Below are positions 1 to 8,851 of a DNA stretch of 40,467 bases, piece after piece; within the stretch, counting starts at the first letter, position 1; every line of letters starts with the position of its first letter. A program made the position numbers and the translations under genes. Origin of the DNA: a virus. Lineage: Duplodnaviria > Caudoviricetes. The stretch covers positions 1 through 40,467 of IMG/VR virus record IMGVR_UViG_3300037307_000179. The stretch is one strand, 5' to 3'. The notes under the pieces were generated by a model. It was given only the letters and a program-made list of their open reading frames with translations. It was not told where the DNA came from and ran no database searches.

Positions 1-101
1 CAGAAGAAAGATTCAAGCAATGGTTTAACTTAAAGGGTTGCAACTGTCAAGAAAGAAAAAAATGGCTCAACAATTTATTCTCTTGGAAAAGGAACGGGTG
101 A
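1..101 (+). CDS. 3' end of a small phage protein (partial) with a GCNCQERKKWLN motif
   Basis: Open frame from base 3, EERFKQWFNLKGCNCQERKKWLNNLFSWKRNG*, TGA at 99-101. Confidence 0.55.
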   Translation, partial: EERFKQWFNLKGCNCQERKKWLNNLFSWKRNG

Positions 102-138
102 TCAATGACAACGCCACAGTACATCAACACAGGGATAA

Positions 139-471
139 GTGATGGAAGAATATATTTTATTTGTGTTTTTATTATTTGGTGTAAATGCACCAGAGAATAA
201 ACAAGCAGACCGATTAGATCCAGCACCAATGGTATCAGAACTTAGAAAACTAATCAGCAATTCGCGTGAAGCGTGGATTGAAGCAAAAAGAAAACCGGCA
301 GACAAAATTGAAAACGGAACAAGGGCGGGTTATTGGAAGAAACACGAAGAGGCAAACCTTAAAATATATTCTATGATTGGCTGGGATTCTCGCGTTGAAA
401 AATATACAAAGACACATTGGGGTTGGACGTTTTTACAAGCATCAAACCTTGTAGAAGCTGTGTTAAAATAA
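139..471 (+). CDS. hypothetical protein with hydrophobic N-terminus
   Basis: 110-aa ORF on the coding strand, N-terminal YILFVFLLFGV. Confidence 0.6.
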   Translation: MMEEYILFVFLLFGVNAPENKQADRLDPAPMVSELRKLISNSREAWIEAKRKPADKIENGTRAGYWKKHEEANLKIYSMIGWDSRVEKYTKTHWGWTFLQASNLVEAVLK

Positions 472-499
472 AAATTTTGAGAAACAAACTCAAAAACAG

Positions 500-527
500 T
501 TGACAAACAGTTTTGGTCTGGTAAAAT
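500..527 (+). promoter_or_regulatory. sigma70-type promoter
   Basis: TTGACA-16nt-TAAAAT in an intergenic gap. Confidence 0.6.
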
Positions 528-571
528 AGGGTCAAGTCAAGACGGTTTGTATTACTCAAAGGAAACTGATC

Positions 572-772
572 GTGCCTCAAAGCATAGCCAAAGATTTGAT
601 TGAAGGAAAGAACGTTGAAGTAAACGATGTAAAATTCTTGTTGTGGGTAACGCTTTGCAGGCTACAGGAATTTACCAACACTGTCGATTTAGATGGACAC
701 AGAGTGTTTGATTGTGACGCTATGCTTGACAGTCTTGATGAACGGCAAACAGACAGTACAATTTGGGCATAA
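572..772 (+). CDS. hypothetical protein
   Basis: 66-aa ORF, GTG start with AAGGA upstream, follows the promoter. Confidence 0.6.
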   Translation: MPQSIAKDLIEGKNVEVNDVKFLLWVTLCRLQEFTNTVDLDGHRVFDCDAMLDSLDERQTDSTIWA

Positions 773-803
773 TCAACCACAAACCTTTGATTGGAAAGCA
801 AAA

Positions 804-2732
804 ATGAAGTTGGAAACACCAGAACAAGACGTAAAAGTTGTTGGAAACTTTGTCACAACCGATTATGCGATCGGAGATATCGCGTTCGTTGTCGATATGT
901 TCGCTGACAAGGTATACACGCACAAGGAGCGTGCCGTAATTCGCGAGTTGGCTTGCAACGCCTACGATTCCCACGTAGAAGCCAACAACCAGGAAACGAA
1001 CTTTGACGTTCATCTTCCAACACATCTTGAGCCGTGGTTTTCGATTCGTGATTATGGTGTTGGTCTTGACGACAACCAAGTAAGAAATATTTTTGCTGGT
1101 ATCGGTATTTCTACAAAGCGTAACAACAACAATACTATTGGTTGTTTTGGTATTGGAAGCCTAAGTCCATACTCTCTGTGTGATAGTTTTACAGTAAAGA
1201 GTTGGAAGGATGGCAAGGAACGAATTTATACTTGCTATCGCGACGTTGACCGCAGACCAGTTGTGGCTATGCTTTCTGAGCAAGATAGCGACGAACCAAA
1301 CGGTCTAGAAGTCTATCTTAGTATCGATGGACGAATAACAAGATTTGAAGAGGAAGCAGTAACGGTATTCCGTTGGTGGGATCGTATTCCAAACATCAAC
1401 AACAAATTTGTTGAAGAACAATGCAAATTGTGGCAGTCAAATTATGGTTTGGTTGGCGAAAACTATGCAATAAGAACAAATTGGGGCAACATGGTTGCTA
1501 TCATGGGCAACGTTGCATATAATATTCCATCAGAATTAGACGAAATCAATCGTCAAGGTTATATTCGTTTTGAGTTGGGCGAAATTAGCTTTGATACTGC
1601 TCGCGAAAACTTGTCGCTCGACGACAAAACACGCAACGCGATCAAAGAAAAGTTTTCAAACATTCATAAGGATGTTATTGAAGATGCTGTCAAAGAGATT
1701 GAAAAACTTGACACGCAATTCAAGCGGGCAAAAGCTGTTCATAATCTATTGAACAATACGCTGGCTGGTATTGCTAATATGGGTAGTGTGCGGAACGCTA
1801 TCAGGTCTGCACTAAGCAGCAAGTTTGAATTACCAGAAACTACAACCCCTATTAAATTTTGGAAAAAGTGTTATAGAAGCATTGAAGAACGTATTACGAA
1901 GAATCTTCCTTTGGATGATTCTTGCGAATACTATGTCCACAAGGACCGTATGCAAGTTCGTGTTAAAAATTATCTAAAGGAAAATCCCAATGTAACGCTT
2001 GTTGTTCTGACAGAGGATCAGATCAAGGAAACAAGTATTGATCTTGACGTTTTAAAGAACCTTGATGATCTTCCGTTGCCAGCAAAGCATACCTATGTTA
2101 GAGGTACAACGGTAAAAACCTTTGCGTTTAATACCAATTACACCGGATGGAAAAATGAGAAATTTTACAAAGAGATTGAATTTCAAGACGATGGAAGCGA
2201 AAAGGTTTATGTGGAAATTTGCAGATCAAAGCCTGTTGGATCTGATTTTGCCTCATCAAACGGACGCATTCGAGAAATTGCTAATAGTTTGCGTGATTTT
2301 ATTCCAATTCCAATTATTTTGGGACTGAAAACAGCATTTTTGGACACAAAAGCGTTCAGAACCGGCAAATTCATTCGTTTTGATGATTATATCAAGCGAG
2401 AACTTGCAAAAGTTGCACCAACAAAGTATCATAAGTACGATGGCGATATGGCCCAATCTTTGCGTCAAATCGTTGAGTTGATGCACAACGAAGAATTGCG
2501 GGAGTTTATTGATTTGTATGGCAAACAAGCCCCTCACGCACTTGTAAATACTTGTAAGCAATACCAAATCGAAAAACATATTCCTGTGGTTGAAGATACT
2601 TCTATTCAGGAGTTTATGGACAAATTTTTCAAAAAGTATGAAATGTTAACGATTCTTTCTGATTGGGAAATCAGAGAAAATCAAGAAAAAGTTGCAAATT
2701 ATATTGGTGCAACTCTAAATAAGAGGAAATAA
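804..2732 (+). CDS. rIIA: rIIA-like protein (N-terminal GHKL/HATPase domain)
   Basis: Motifs VYTHKERAVIRELACNAYDSH, SIRDYGVGL, STKR, IGCFGIGS. rIIB-like gene downstream. Start moved to the ATG at 804. Confidence 0.85.
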   Translation: MKLETPEQDVKVVGNFVTTDYAIGDIAFVVDMFADKVYTHKERAVIRELACNAYDSHVEANNQETNFDVHLPTHLEPWFSIRDYGVGLDDNQVRNIFAGIGISTKRNNNNTIGCFGIGSLSPYSLCDSFTVKSWKDGKERIYTCYRDVDRRPVVAMLSEQDSDEPNGLEVYLSIDGRITRFEEEAVTVFRWWDRIPNINNKFVEEQCKLWQSNYGLVGENYAIRTNWGNMVAIMGNVAYNIPSELDEINRQGYIRFELGEISFDTARENLSLDDKTRNAIKEKFSNIHKDVIEDAVKEIEKLDTQFKRAKAVHNLLNNTLAGIANMGSVRNAIRSALSSKFELPETTTPIKFWKKCYRSIEERITKNLPLDDSCEYYVHKDRMQVRVKNYLKENPNVTLVVLTEDQIKETSIDLDVLKNLDDLPLPAKHTYVRGTTVKTFAFNTNYTGWKNEKFYKEIEFQDDGSEKVYVEICRSKPVGSDFASSNGRIREIANSLRDFIPIPIILGLKTAFLDTKAFRTGKFIRFDDYIKRELAKVAPTKYHKYDGDMAQSLRQIVELMHNEELREFIDLYGKQAPHALVNTCKQYQIEKHIPVVEDTSIQEFMDKFFKKYEMLTILSDWEIRENQEKVANYIGATLNKRK

Positions 2733-2733
2733 A

Positions 2734-3024
2734 ATGGCAAACGAAACGGGTGAGAGCAATCAGAAGCCAACAATTCCAACCGAAACGCTTGAAAAATTTC
2801 TGTTGGAAAAAATTAAAACACCAAGAAGCAAAATAAACAATATCCACGTTGGATTTTTGTGGGAGGTTGATGGTGTGGAAAGATACAGGATAAACATATG
2901 GACAAAGGAAAAGTCAGAAGATAGTTTATCTTTGAAGGATATGATTGCAGATTCTTTTTTCGTTCATTACAATAGAAAGTCTGATTCAATCGTTGATTTC
3001 ACCAAACTGAACAACAAAGTCTAG
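2734..3024 (+). CDS. hypothetical protein
   Basis: 96-aa ORF, GAGG RBS, abuts rIIA. Confidence 0.7.
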   Translation: MANETGESNQKPTIPTETLEKFLLEKIKTPRSKINNIHVGFLWEVDGVERYRINIWTKEKSEDSLSLKDMIADSFFVHYNRKSDSIVDFTKLNNKV

Positions 3025-3054
3025 AAAAAAAATAAAAAAAACTAGATTTTGGTG

Positions 3055-3082
3055 TTGACAAACGACGATAACAGACTATAAT
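3055..3082 (+). promoter_or_regulatory. sigma70-type promoter
   Basis: TTGACA-16nt-TATAAT with an A-rich UP element. Confidence 0.75.
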
Positions 3083-3124
3083 AGATGGAAACGTTTCACT
3101 TTTTTCTTTGTTAGGGGAATAGCA

Positions 3125-4015
3125 ATGGCTTTGGCACACATCAAGGACAACAAGAATTTCTGGACGGTCGTTTTGAACGGCAAACCACACCAGTTTGATA
3201 GCACACACCCAGAATATACAAGTCTGGTAGAATGTGTAAAGGTTGGTGATCAAGATGAATTTTTGCGGTTGTTTGAAACTGGAACTGTAATTGAAAATTG
3301 GAGTGAAGGTAACTTTGAATTTCGAGACGGTTTCTTGTTTTTCGATGGAGAACAAATTGCTAGTCAACCAACAGAAAGAATCATCGAATTGATCAAGCAG
3401 GGTTGGGATTATCGCCCAATGTTGCGTTACCTGGAAAACTTGTATAGCAACGTAAGCAAGCGTGCTGTTCAAGAATCATATTCATGGTGTATGCACAAGG
3501 GGCTACCAATCACAGACGACGGATATTTGGTTGGTTACAAGGGCGTTGTGACTTACAACGGTGAAGAAAAAACTGACAAGCTGGGACGCCAACTAAAAAG
3601 CGGTGACTTGGTTGACAAGTACACGCAAACGTTTCGAAACAATGTTGGTGACATAAACCACATGCCGCGTCGTCAGGTTTGTGACGATCACACCAAGGGT
3701 TGTGACTCTGGTTTGCACGTTGGTACCTATGAATATGCTTCGGATTGGATCAGCGGCATGACTGGTGCGGTCGTTTTGGTAAAGTTTCATCCTGGCGACA
3801 TTGTTAGTGTTCCAAGCGATTGTGAATTTCAAAAGATGCGAGTTTCTCAGTATGAAGTAATTGCAATTGCAAGCGAACGGTTGGAAGAAGCCGTCTATTC
3901 TTCTGAATCAGAAGAGGATGAAGATGAAGATGAAGATGAAGATATGGACTGGGAGGCTTATGACGACGATTATGGTTATGACGATGACGATGACGACGAT
4001 GACGATGATGAATGA
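3125..4015 (+). CDS. rIIB: rIIB-like protein with long Asp/Glu C-terminal tail
   Basis: Motifs LPITDDGYLVGYKGV, MPRRQVCDD...CDSGLHVG, VKFHPGDIVSVPSD, KMRVSQYEV. Confidence 0.85.
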   Translation: MALAHIKDNKNFWTVVLNGKPHQFDSTHPEYTSLVECVKVGDQDEFLRLFETGTVIENWSEGNFEFRDGFLFFDGEQIASQPTERIIELIKQGWDYRPMLRYLENLYSNVSKRAVQESYSWCMHKGLPITDDGYLVGYKGVVTYNGEEKTDKLGRQLKSGDLVDKYTQTFRNNVGDINHMPRRQVCDDHTKGCDSGLHVGTYEYASDWISGMTGAVVLVKFHPGDIVSVPSDCEFQKMRVSQYEVIAIASERLEEAVYSSESEEDEDEDEDEDMDWEAYDDDYGYDDDDDDDDDDE

Positions 4016-4036
4016 TTAACGTTTGATCAGAATACG

Positions 4037-4081
4037 GGGTGGGTATTTGTGCTCACACAGTATCCACCCATCCTTTCTTTT
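4037..4081 (+). terminator. probable intrinsic terminator
   Basis: GGGTGGGTA...TATCCACCC stem followed by a pyrimidine/T run. Confidence 0.5.
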
Positions 4082-4093
4082 GGGGGAATAGAA

Positions 4094-4303
4094 ATGCAAA
4101 TTGTAAAGTACCCTTACCACGATATTGATTGGGAAATTCAACAGGTTCTTATGGCAATTGATTATTTTCAAGACGCCATGTATTCGGTTGAAACGCCCCG
4201 TCGAGAAAAATATAAAGAAAGTCTGGACAGATTAAATAGGCAACTAAAAGAATTAGAAAGGTGTAAAAATGAACGATCAAACAATGACGAACAATCTTAT
4301 TGA
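4094..4303 (+). CDS. hypothetical protein
   Basis: ATG at 4094 with GGGGGA RBS, coiled-coil-like C-terminus. Confidence 0.6.
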   Translation: MQIVKYPYHDIDWEIQQVLMAIDYFQDAMYSVETPRREKYKESLDRLNRQLKELERCKNERSNNDEQSY

Positions 4304-4421
4304 ATGGTGTGAAGAAATCGTAGAGCGATCCCAAGAGGATTATGACCCATACGATTACGTTTACGAAGGGCCTGTTGACGACGATTCTGATGACCTAGAA
4401 GGTTGGGATTGGGAGGATTAA
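4269..4421 (+). CDS. 50-aa very acidic microprotein
   Basis: MNDQTMTNNLIEWCEEIVERSQEDYDPYDYVYEGPVDDDSDDLEGWDWED*, AAGGTG upstream. Below the ORF-track cutoff. Confidence 0.55.
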   Translation: MNDQTMTNNLIEWCEEIVERSQEDYDPYDYVYEGPVDDDSDDLEGWDWED

Positions 4422-4424
4422 ACA

Positions 4425-4511
4425 ATGCCTGTATCATTCGAACCATCAGCATCTATTTTGACTTGCCCTACCATTGAATCGTTTATATCGAGACAATCTG
4501 AAAGTCTATAG
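4425..4511 (+). CDS. 28-aa small ORF
   Basis: MPVSFEPSASILTCPTIESFISRQSESL*, preceded by GGAGGA. Confidence 0.4.
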   Translation: MPVSFEPSASILTCPTIESFISRQSESL

Positions 4512-4559
4512 ACAGGAAGATCTCTTTATTACGTTATTTTTTACATTCTCTTCCTGTCT

Positions 4560-4594
4560 GCTAGGGAGTCCTTTGTGGCTTCCTAGCTTTTTTT
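4560..4594 (+). terminator. intrinsic terminator
   Basis: GCTAGGGAGTC/GGCTTCCTAGC stem plus T7. Confidence 0.7.
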
Positions 4595-4596
4595 AC

Positions 4597-4671
4597 GCGG
4601 TATGGTGATCCTGGTGGGGTCGGGGATTCTTATAAAGTCCTGCTTTTAGGGTTCGATTCCCTAATACCGCA
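4597..4671 (+). tRNA. trnI: tRNA-Ile(UAU)
   Basis: Acceptor GCGGTAT/ATACCGC, anticodon arm GGATT-CTTATAA-AGTCC, T loop TTCGATT. Confidence 0.8.
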
Positions 4672-4677
4672 CTTGAT

Positions 4678-4750
4678 GCCTCTATCGTCTAACGGAAAAA
4701 GACATATGCCTTCTAAGCATAGAATCTGGGTTCGATTCCTAGTAGAGGTA
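4678..4750 (+). tRNA. trnR: tRNA-Arg(UCU)
   Basis: Acceptor GCCTCTA/TAGAGGT, arm TATGC-CTTCTAA-GCATA. Confidence 0.9.
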
Positions 4751-4771
4751 CTTGAAACTTGAAAAAAGTAG

Positions 4772-4800
4772 TTGACAATGAGTTGTGTGTACTGTATAAT
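4772..4800 (+). promoter_or_regulatory. sigma70-type promoter (consensus, extended -10)
   Basis: TTGACA-17nt-TATAAT. Confidence 0.85.
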
Positions 4801-4845
4801 GGTATCAAAGAACGTGTGTTAAATAGGTTTAGAAGGAGAGCAGAA

Positions 4846-5100
4846 ATGAAGTTTAAGCATTTGCGGGATGATTGTGGGCAACCTTTTGCAACGGTTGCTA
4901 TTGATGGAGAACGCTACGGTGTTGCCATGTGCGGCGAACGAGACCAATTCAGCCGAAGGAAGGGCCGATTGATTGCAAGTGGCCGACTGGAAAAGGGTCA
5001 TTGTTATACGCCAGAAAACAATCGTACTGTTGTTTGTCGCGGAGAACCAATGTCTGCAATGGAAGCTGTAAATTTGTATCTCTTGAGGGTTGGCGTTTAG
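4846..5100 (+). CDS. hypothetical phage protein (C-x3-D-x-F-x3-KGR-x-IA-x-GR type)
   Basis: ATG at 4846 with AAGGAG RBS. The longer ORF-track start overlaps the promoter. Confidence 0.7.
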   Translation: MKFKHLRDDCGQPFATVAIDGERYGVAMCGERDQFSRRKGRLIASGRLEKGHCYTPENNRTVVCRGEPMSAMEAVNLYLLRVGV

Positions 5101-5182
5101 GTTAAAAATATGAAACAAAGAAATACGTGCGATATCGAAGTAGCTGAAACATCAACCATTTAGATTTATTTAGGATAAAATT

Positions 5183-5488
5183 ATGCCAACCGGATATACT
5201 GCCCCAGTTCAAAGTGGTGAAATTGTAGAACTTGAAGATTTTATATTGCTTTGTGCAAGGGCTTTTGGTGCTTGTGTTATGCAGCGTGATGAGCCAATGA
5301 AAAGCCTACCAAAGATTGAAGAGTGGCAGAAAAAGACTTTCGACCAATGGTGCAAAGAAAAAATGGATTATATTTGTAAAACCATTGAGTACCACAAAGA
5401 TGAACACAAAAAGGAAGTCGAACGTGTGACCATGAGAAATAAATGGAAAATAGATTTATATACGAATCTGGGATTAAACCATCCATGA
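5183..5488 (+). CDS. hypothetical phage protein (MPTGYT...CARAFGA motif)
   Basis: 101-aa ORF with AGGA RBS. Confidence 0.75.
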   Translation: MPTGYTAPVQSGEIVELEDFILLCARAFGACVMQRDEPMKSLPKIEEWQKKTFDQWCKEKMDYICKTIEYHKDEHKKEVERVTMRNKWKIDLYTNLGLNHP

Positions 5489-6174
5489 AAATATGGCACA
5501 TATCAGACACTCATGGGTTTCACGATCAGCTTACCGTACCAACGGATGTTGATGTGATTATTCACAGTGGAGACACCACCAACAGCAGAAACATGGTTCA
5601 AAACAGCATTGAACTGTGGCCCTTTGTGGATTGGTTCAAATCGTTGCCTATCAAGCATAAGGTTCTTGTTGCTGGCAATCACGACTCTGCAATCGAGGGT
5701 CGAATGATCAGACAAGAAGATTTCTTGGAAATTGGAATCACGTATCTAGAGAATGAGTCATGTGAGATTGAAGGATTAAAAATTTGGGGTAGCCCCATAA
5801 CACCATCGTTCATGAACTGGTGTTTTATGGTTGGCCGCCACAAAATCCACAGAGTGTGGGACACTATTCCAGACGATACAGACATTGTGGTAACACACGG
5901 TCCTCCGTTCGGAATACTTGATCTTACAGAAAATCGTGACAGACAATTGGAGCAGGTAGGGTGTTTTAATCTTGCCAAAAGATTATTAAATATAAAACCA
6001 AAACTACACTGTTTTGGTCATGTACATAATCATAAAGAAATTAGAAATTCTGGTTTGTTAAAACTTGCAAGTGGAGATACTATATATAGCAATGGAGCGG
6101 TTGTTGCCGACGGCAAACCAAACATTATAAACAATGGTAACTTTATTAATTTAACAAAGACTCAAAATGTTTAA
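5485..6174 (+). CDS. calcineurin-like metallophosphoesterase
   Basis: ISDTHG, HSGD, AGNHD, VTHGPP and FGHVH motifs. ATGA overlap with the upstream stop. Confidence 0.9.
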   Translation: MKIWHISDTHGFHDQLTVPTDVDVIIHSGDTTNSRNMVQNSIELWPFVDWFKSLPIKHKVLVAGNHDSAIEGRMIRQEDFLEIGITYLENESCEIEGLKIWGSPITPSFMNWCFMVGRHKIHRVWDTIPDDTDIVVTHGPPFGILDLTENRDRQLEQVGCFNLAKRLLNIKPKLHCFGHVHNHKEIRNSGLLKLASGDTIYSNGAVVADGKPNIINNGNFINLTKTQNV

Positions 6175-6379
6175 ACGACTGGTAGATATAAACGGATTTC
6201 TTATCAACGAACCACAGCACTATCATGAAAGCCTAAAATGGGCAGAAGCAATGATTGAAAGCATGGAAGATGAAAAGATAGACCGTAGCGATATGAATGT
6301 AGTCATAAATAGACTTACAGAAGAAATTCGTTTTCGGCTTATGATGTTAAAAAACAGAGAAACAGACGAGGCCACTTGA
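6167..6379 (+). CDS. hypothetical protein
   Basis: 70-aa ORF coupled to the upstream gene. Confidence 0.6.
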   Translation: MFKRLVDINGFLINEPQHYHESLKWAEAMIESMEDEKIDRSDMNVVINRLTEEIRFRLMMLKNRETDEAT

Positions 6380-6384
6380 CACAC

Positions 6385-6418
6385 AGACCCAACATCCGCA
6401 TAGGATGAGGGGTCTTTT
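6385..6418 (+). terminator. intrinsic terminator between convergent genes
   Basis: AGACCC-aa-CATCC/GGATG-ag-GGGTCT plus T run. Confidence 0.55.
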
Positions 6419-6614
6419 ACTTTTTACCTTTTTGTTTTCTGCTTTCAGGTTCATGCAGAAAACCCCATTCACTTGAAACGTCATGAGAGTCTTTCGTTAT
6501 TCGCATTTTATTGCACCGCCAACACAACTGTCTTACTTGACATTTGTAAGGAAGGGGCCATAAAAATTCTCCAGACCAATCATGAATTCCAAAAAAGCAT
6601 AAAATTTTAAACAT
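6417..6614 (-). CDS. small Zn-binding phage protein (DUF1660-like LCFFGIHDW...CWRC)
   Basis: LC-x2-G-x-H-x-W and CxRC motifs, AGAGG RBS on the minus strand. The only convincing minus-strand gene. Confidence 0.6.
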   Translation of the reverse strand: MFKILCFFGIHDWSGEFLWPLPYKCQVRQLCWRCNKMRITKDSHDVSSEWGFLHEPESRKQKGKK

Positions 6615-6666
6615 TTAGCCTCTTTGAACGAGAAAAAAGTACACAAGATAATATACACAAATTCTA

Positions 6667-6963
6667 GTCGGTGATGGTAGAATAGCACCGGCGTCCACGA
6701 AAACATTGTATAAACCCGTTAAACCGGAGTGATGTTAGTTGGGTAACACCAGCAAGGCGGTCATACTCCATCGTGGAAGTGGGTTAAGGCGGGGTGAACG
6801 AGCATCCCAGGGTATCGAAATAAATAAAGTCGGGCAATGTCTTACCATTGACAACCCGCACCCGTGAAGAGCACCTAGCACTAGCATTGAGAATCTGTTG
6901 GCTTGTAAGATACCGCCCACTAACTCTACCAATTATGCCCGAACGAAGATGTTCTTCACGGGT
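6667..6963 (+). ncRNA. candidate large structured ncRNA (class unassigned)
   Basis: GC-rich intergenic segment with more than 10 complementary segments including a 14-bp stem 6860-6873/6950-6963. G-U pairs favour the + strand. Possible promoter TTGAAC-17-GATAAT at 6624-6652. Confidence 0.65.
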
Positions 6964-7012
6964 ATAAAATGGTCTCGGTCTGTACCCACAGAGAAAAAAA
7001 TAAATATTTGTA

Positions 7013-7041
7013 TTGACAAAGACGCTGTTGTAGAATATAAT
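7013..7041 (+). promoter_or_regulatory. sigma70-type promoter
   Basis: TTGACA-17nt-TATAAT. Confidence 0.85.
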
Positions 7042-7070
7042 AAGGTAGTCTCAAAAACCGAAAGAAAAAA

Positions 7071-8033
7071 ATGCAATACAATCTCTGCTGTATTAGTGAA
7101 GAATTAAAAGACGGCGGTCTTAACTTCCAAACAATGACATGGAAGCGTTTTACACTTCTACGCAAACAGTTTGGTGAACACATTGCACTAGAACAGCTTG
7201 GAAACAGGTGGCTCAATAATTTAAATGTTACAATTGCTACAATAAGACATTGTGCAAAAAATTGTTGGGGCTATCGCATGTCAAGCAATATGTTTCCACT
7301 GTTGACACATCCAGATTTTTGTTATAAATTTCATGACGTTCCTCAAGCACAAACAATGGACAGAATGTTTCTGGATGTTTCAACAAACAACGCTTGGCGT
7401 GTCAGATTGTCAATGCACCCAGATCAATTCAATGTTTTGGCCAGCGACAACGAAAGCAGCGTAAATAGAACCATTCGCGAACTAAATTACCACGGTTGGA
7501 TCATGGATAAAATGGGCTGTCAAAAAAATCATTGGAACCCAATCAATATTCATGTGAATTGCTCCAGGGGTAATCCAAACGAAATTGCAAAACGTTTTTA
7601 CAAAAATTTTGATAGATGCGATAATAGCGTAAAAACCAGACTGGTTATTGAAAATGAAGATAAGGGTCTGTGGAATGTTGAAAATTTACTTTTGCATTTT
7701 CGTGGAAACCTTAAGACTCGCTTGCAATTACCAATAACGTTTGATATACTGCACCACAAGTGCAACCCGTCTCCAAATCTAACAACAGATTTTGGCGAGG
7801 ATATGGCAATTGAACTTTGTGACAAGACCTGGGACACCCGACCAATTTTTCACTACAGCGAGTCTCATCCAATGAATAAGAATCAACGTTGCCATGCCGA
7901 CGACCCAAGCGATCTACCACCACCCATTCCTGTAGACTGGGACGTTGAGCTAAAAAATAAAGACAAAGCAATCCGAATGTTGTATTGTATCGAATTGACA
8001 CGCGAAGCAGAAAAAATGGGACTATATGACTGA
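7071..8033 (+). CDS. uvsE: UV-damage endonuclease (UvdE/UvsE family)
   Basis: YRMSS-x-MFP, RLSMHPDQFNVLAS, INIH, RLVIENEDK, PITFDILHH, FHYSE, HAD, DVELKNKD motifs. Confidence 0.92.
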   Translation: MQYNLCCISEELKDGGLNFQTMTWKRFTLLRKQFGEHIALEQLGNRWLNNLNVTIATIRHCAKNCWGYRMSSNMFPLLTHPDFCYKFHDVPQAQTMDRMFLDVSTNNAWRVRLSMHPDQFNVLASDNESSVNRTIRELNYHGWIMDKMGCQKNHWNPINIHVNCSRGNPNEIAKRFYKNFDRCDNSVKTRLVIENEDKGLWNVENLLLHFRGNLKTRLQLPITFDILHHKCNPSPNLTTDFGEDMAIELCDKTWDTRPIFHYSESHPMNKNQRCHADDPSDLPPPIPVDWDVELKNKDKAIRMLYCIELTREAEKMGLYD

Positions 8034-8280
8034 CCTTGATAAACAAGTAAGATTTGTTAAAATGTTTGACAAAATTCGCGAGTGTGAAGTTACGCTCACA
8101 GAATTGGCTATGACGAAACCAAAGGACTATGTTTTTGAAGGAGAAGAACTGTTCTGGGTTGAACGCGGTGAAGATGATTATGGGTGGGCACACTACAAGA
8201 AAAGCGTAGCAGCAAAGATCGTGAGAGCCAACTGGTTAAAAGGAAAGCAAAAAGATGACCATGCTCAAGAAAAAGGTTGA
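8026..8280 (+). CDS. hypothetical protein
   Basis: 84-aa ORF overlapping the uvsE stop. Confidence 0.65.
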   Translation: MTDLDKQVRFVKMFDKIRECEVTLTELAMTKPKDYVFEGEELFWVERGEDDYGWAHYKKSVAAKIVRANWLKGKQKDDHAQEKG

Positions 8281-8410
8281 AATACTACTTGTTGGTTGGC
8301 ACAATTACAAAGAATTAAATTTAAATCGTGGAGAATGGGTTGTAACCACCGTGTATTTTTTGGGTGTTCCAATTTATAGAAACTACAAACAATTAACTTA
8401 TTTTAAATAA
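8261..8410 (+). CDS. 49-aa hypothetical protein
   Basis: MLKKKVEILLVGW...VYFLGVPIYRNYKQLTYFK*, fills the gap between genes. Confidence 0.5.
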   Translation: MLKKKVEILLVGWHNYKELNLNRGEWVVTTVYFLGVPIYRNYKQLTYFK

Positions 8411-8422
8411 AATGAACAAAGA

Positions 8423-8773
8423 GTGTTTATGCAATCGACTACGGTTTATTCTGTGAATCATATTTCATATGATGAATCTTATGAATTTCAAACCGTTGTG
8501 GGCATTGTAGAAAATACTTGGGAGGCAGTTGAACTAGCATCAGAATGGATCTTATCAAAACATATAGAAAATGAAATCGTGATGTGGAACGAATCATCGA
8601 AAAAAGACGACTGTGAAAATAGGCATGTTGAATTAAAAGAACAACAAGTTCCACACGTTTTCATTGAAAAAAAAGAAATTGATTTTACGACACACATGAT
8701 TATGTTACAGATTCTATTACTAGAACAACTATCAAAAGCACAAAATAAAAAGAGCAAAGGAAAAAGAAAATGA
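8423..8773 (+). CDS. hypothetical protein
   Basis: 116-aa ORF in a gene-dense run. Confidence 0.6.
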   Translation: MFMQSTTVYSVNHISYDESYEFQTVVGIVENTWEAVELASEWILSKHIENEIVMWNESSKKDDCENRHVELKEQQVPHVFIEKKEIDFTTHMIMLQILLLEQLSKAQNKKSKGKRK

Positions 8774-8851
8774 AAATCGAATATGGACCCGGAAAAACGG
8801 AGTGGTATATATACTGAGTCTATTTATAGATTTAAAGGATAAGCCTATACA

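Noticed and set aside
3903-4012. GAT/GAA/GAC trinucleotide repeats
   Set aside because: They simply encode the acidic tail of rIIB.
6735-7107. ORFs 6735..6932 (-) and 6898..7107 (+)
   Set aside because: No RBS or motifs, and they overlap the structured RNA candidate and a consensus promoter.
8770-8817. 15-aa ORF MKIEYGPGKTEWYIY*
   Set aside because: Probably a truncated gene remnant, too short to support.
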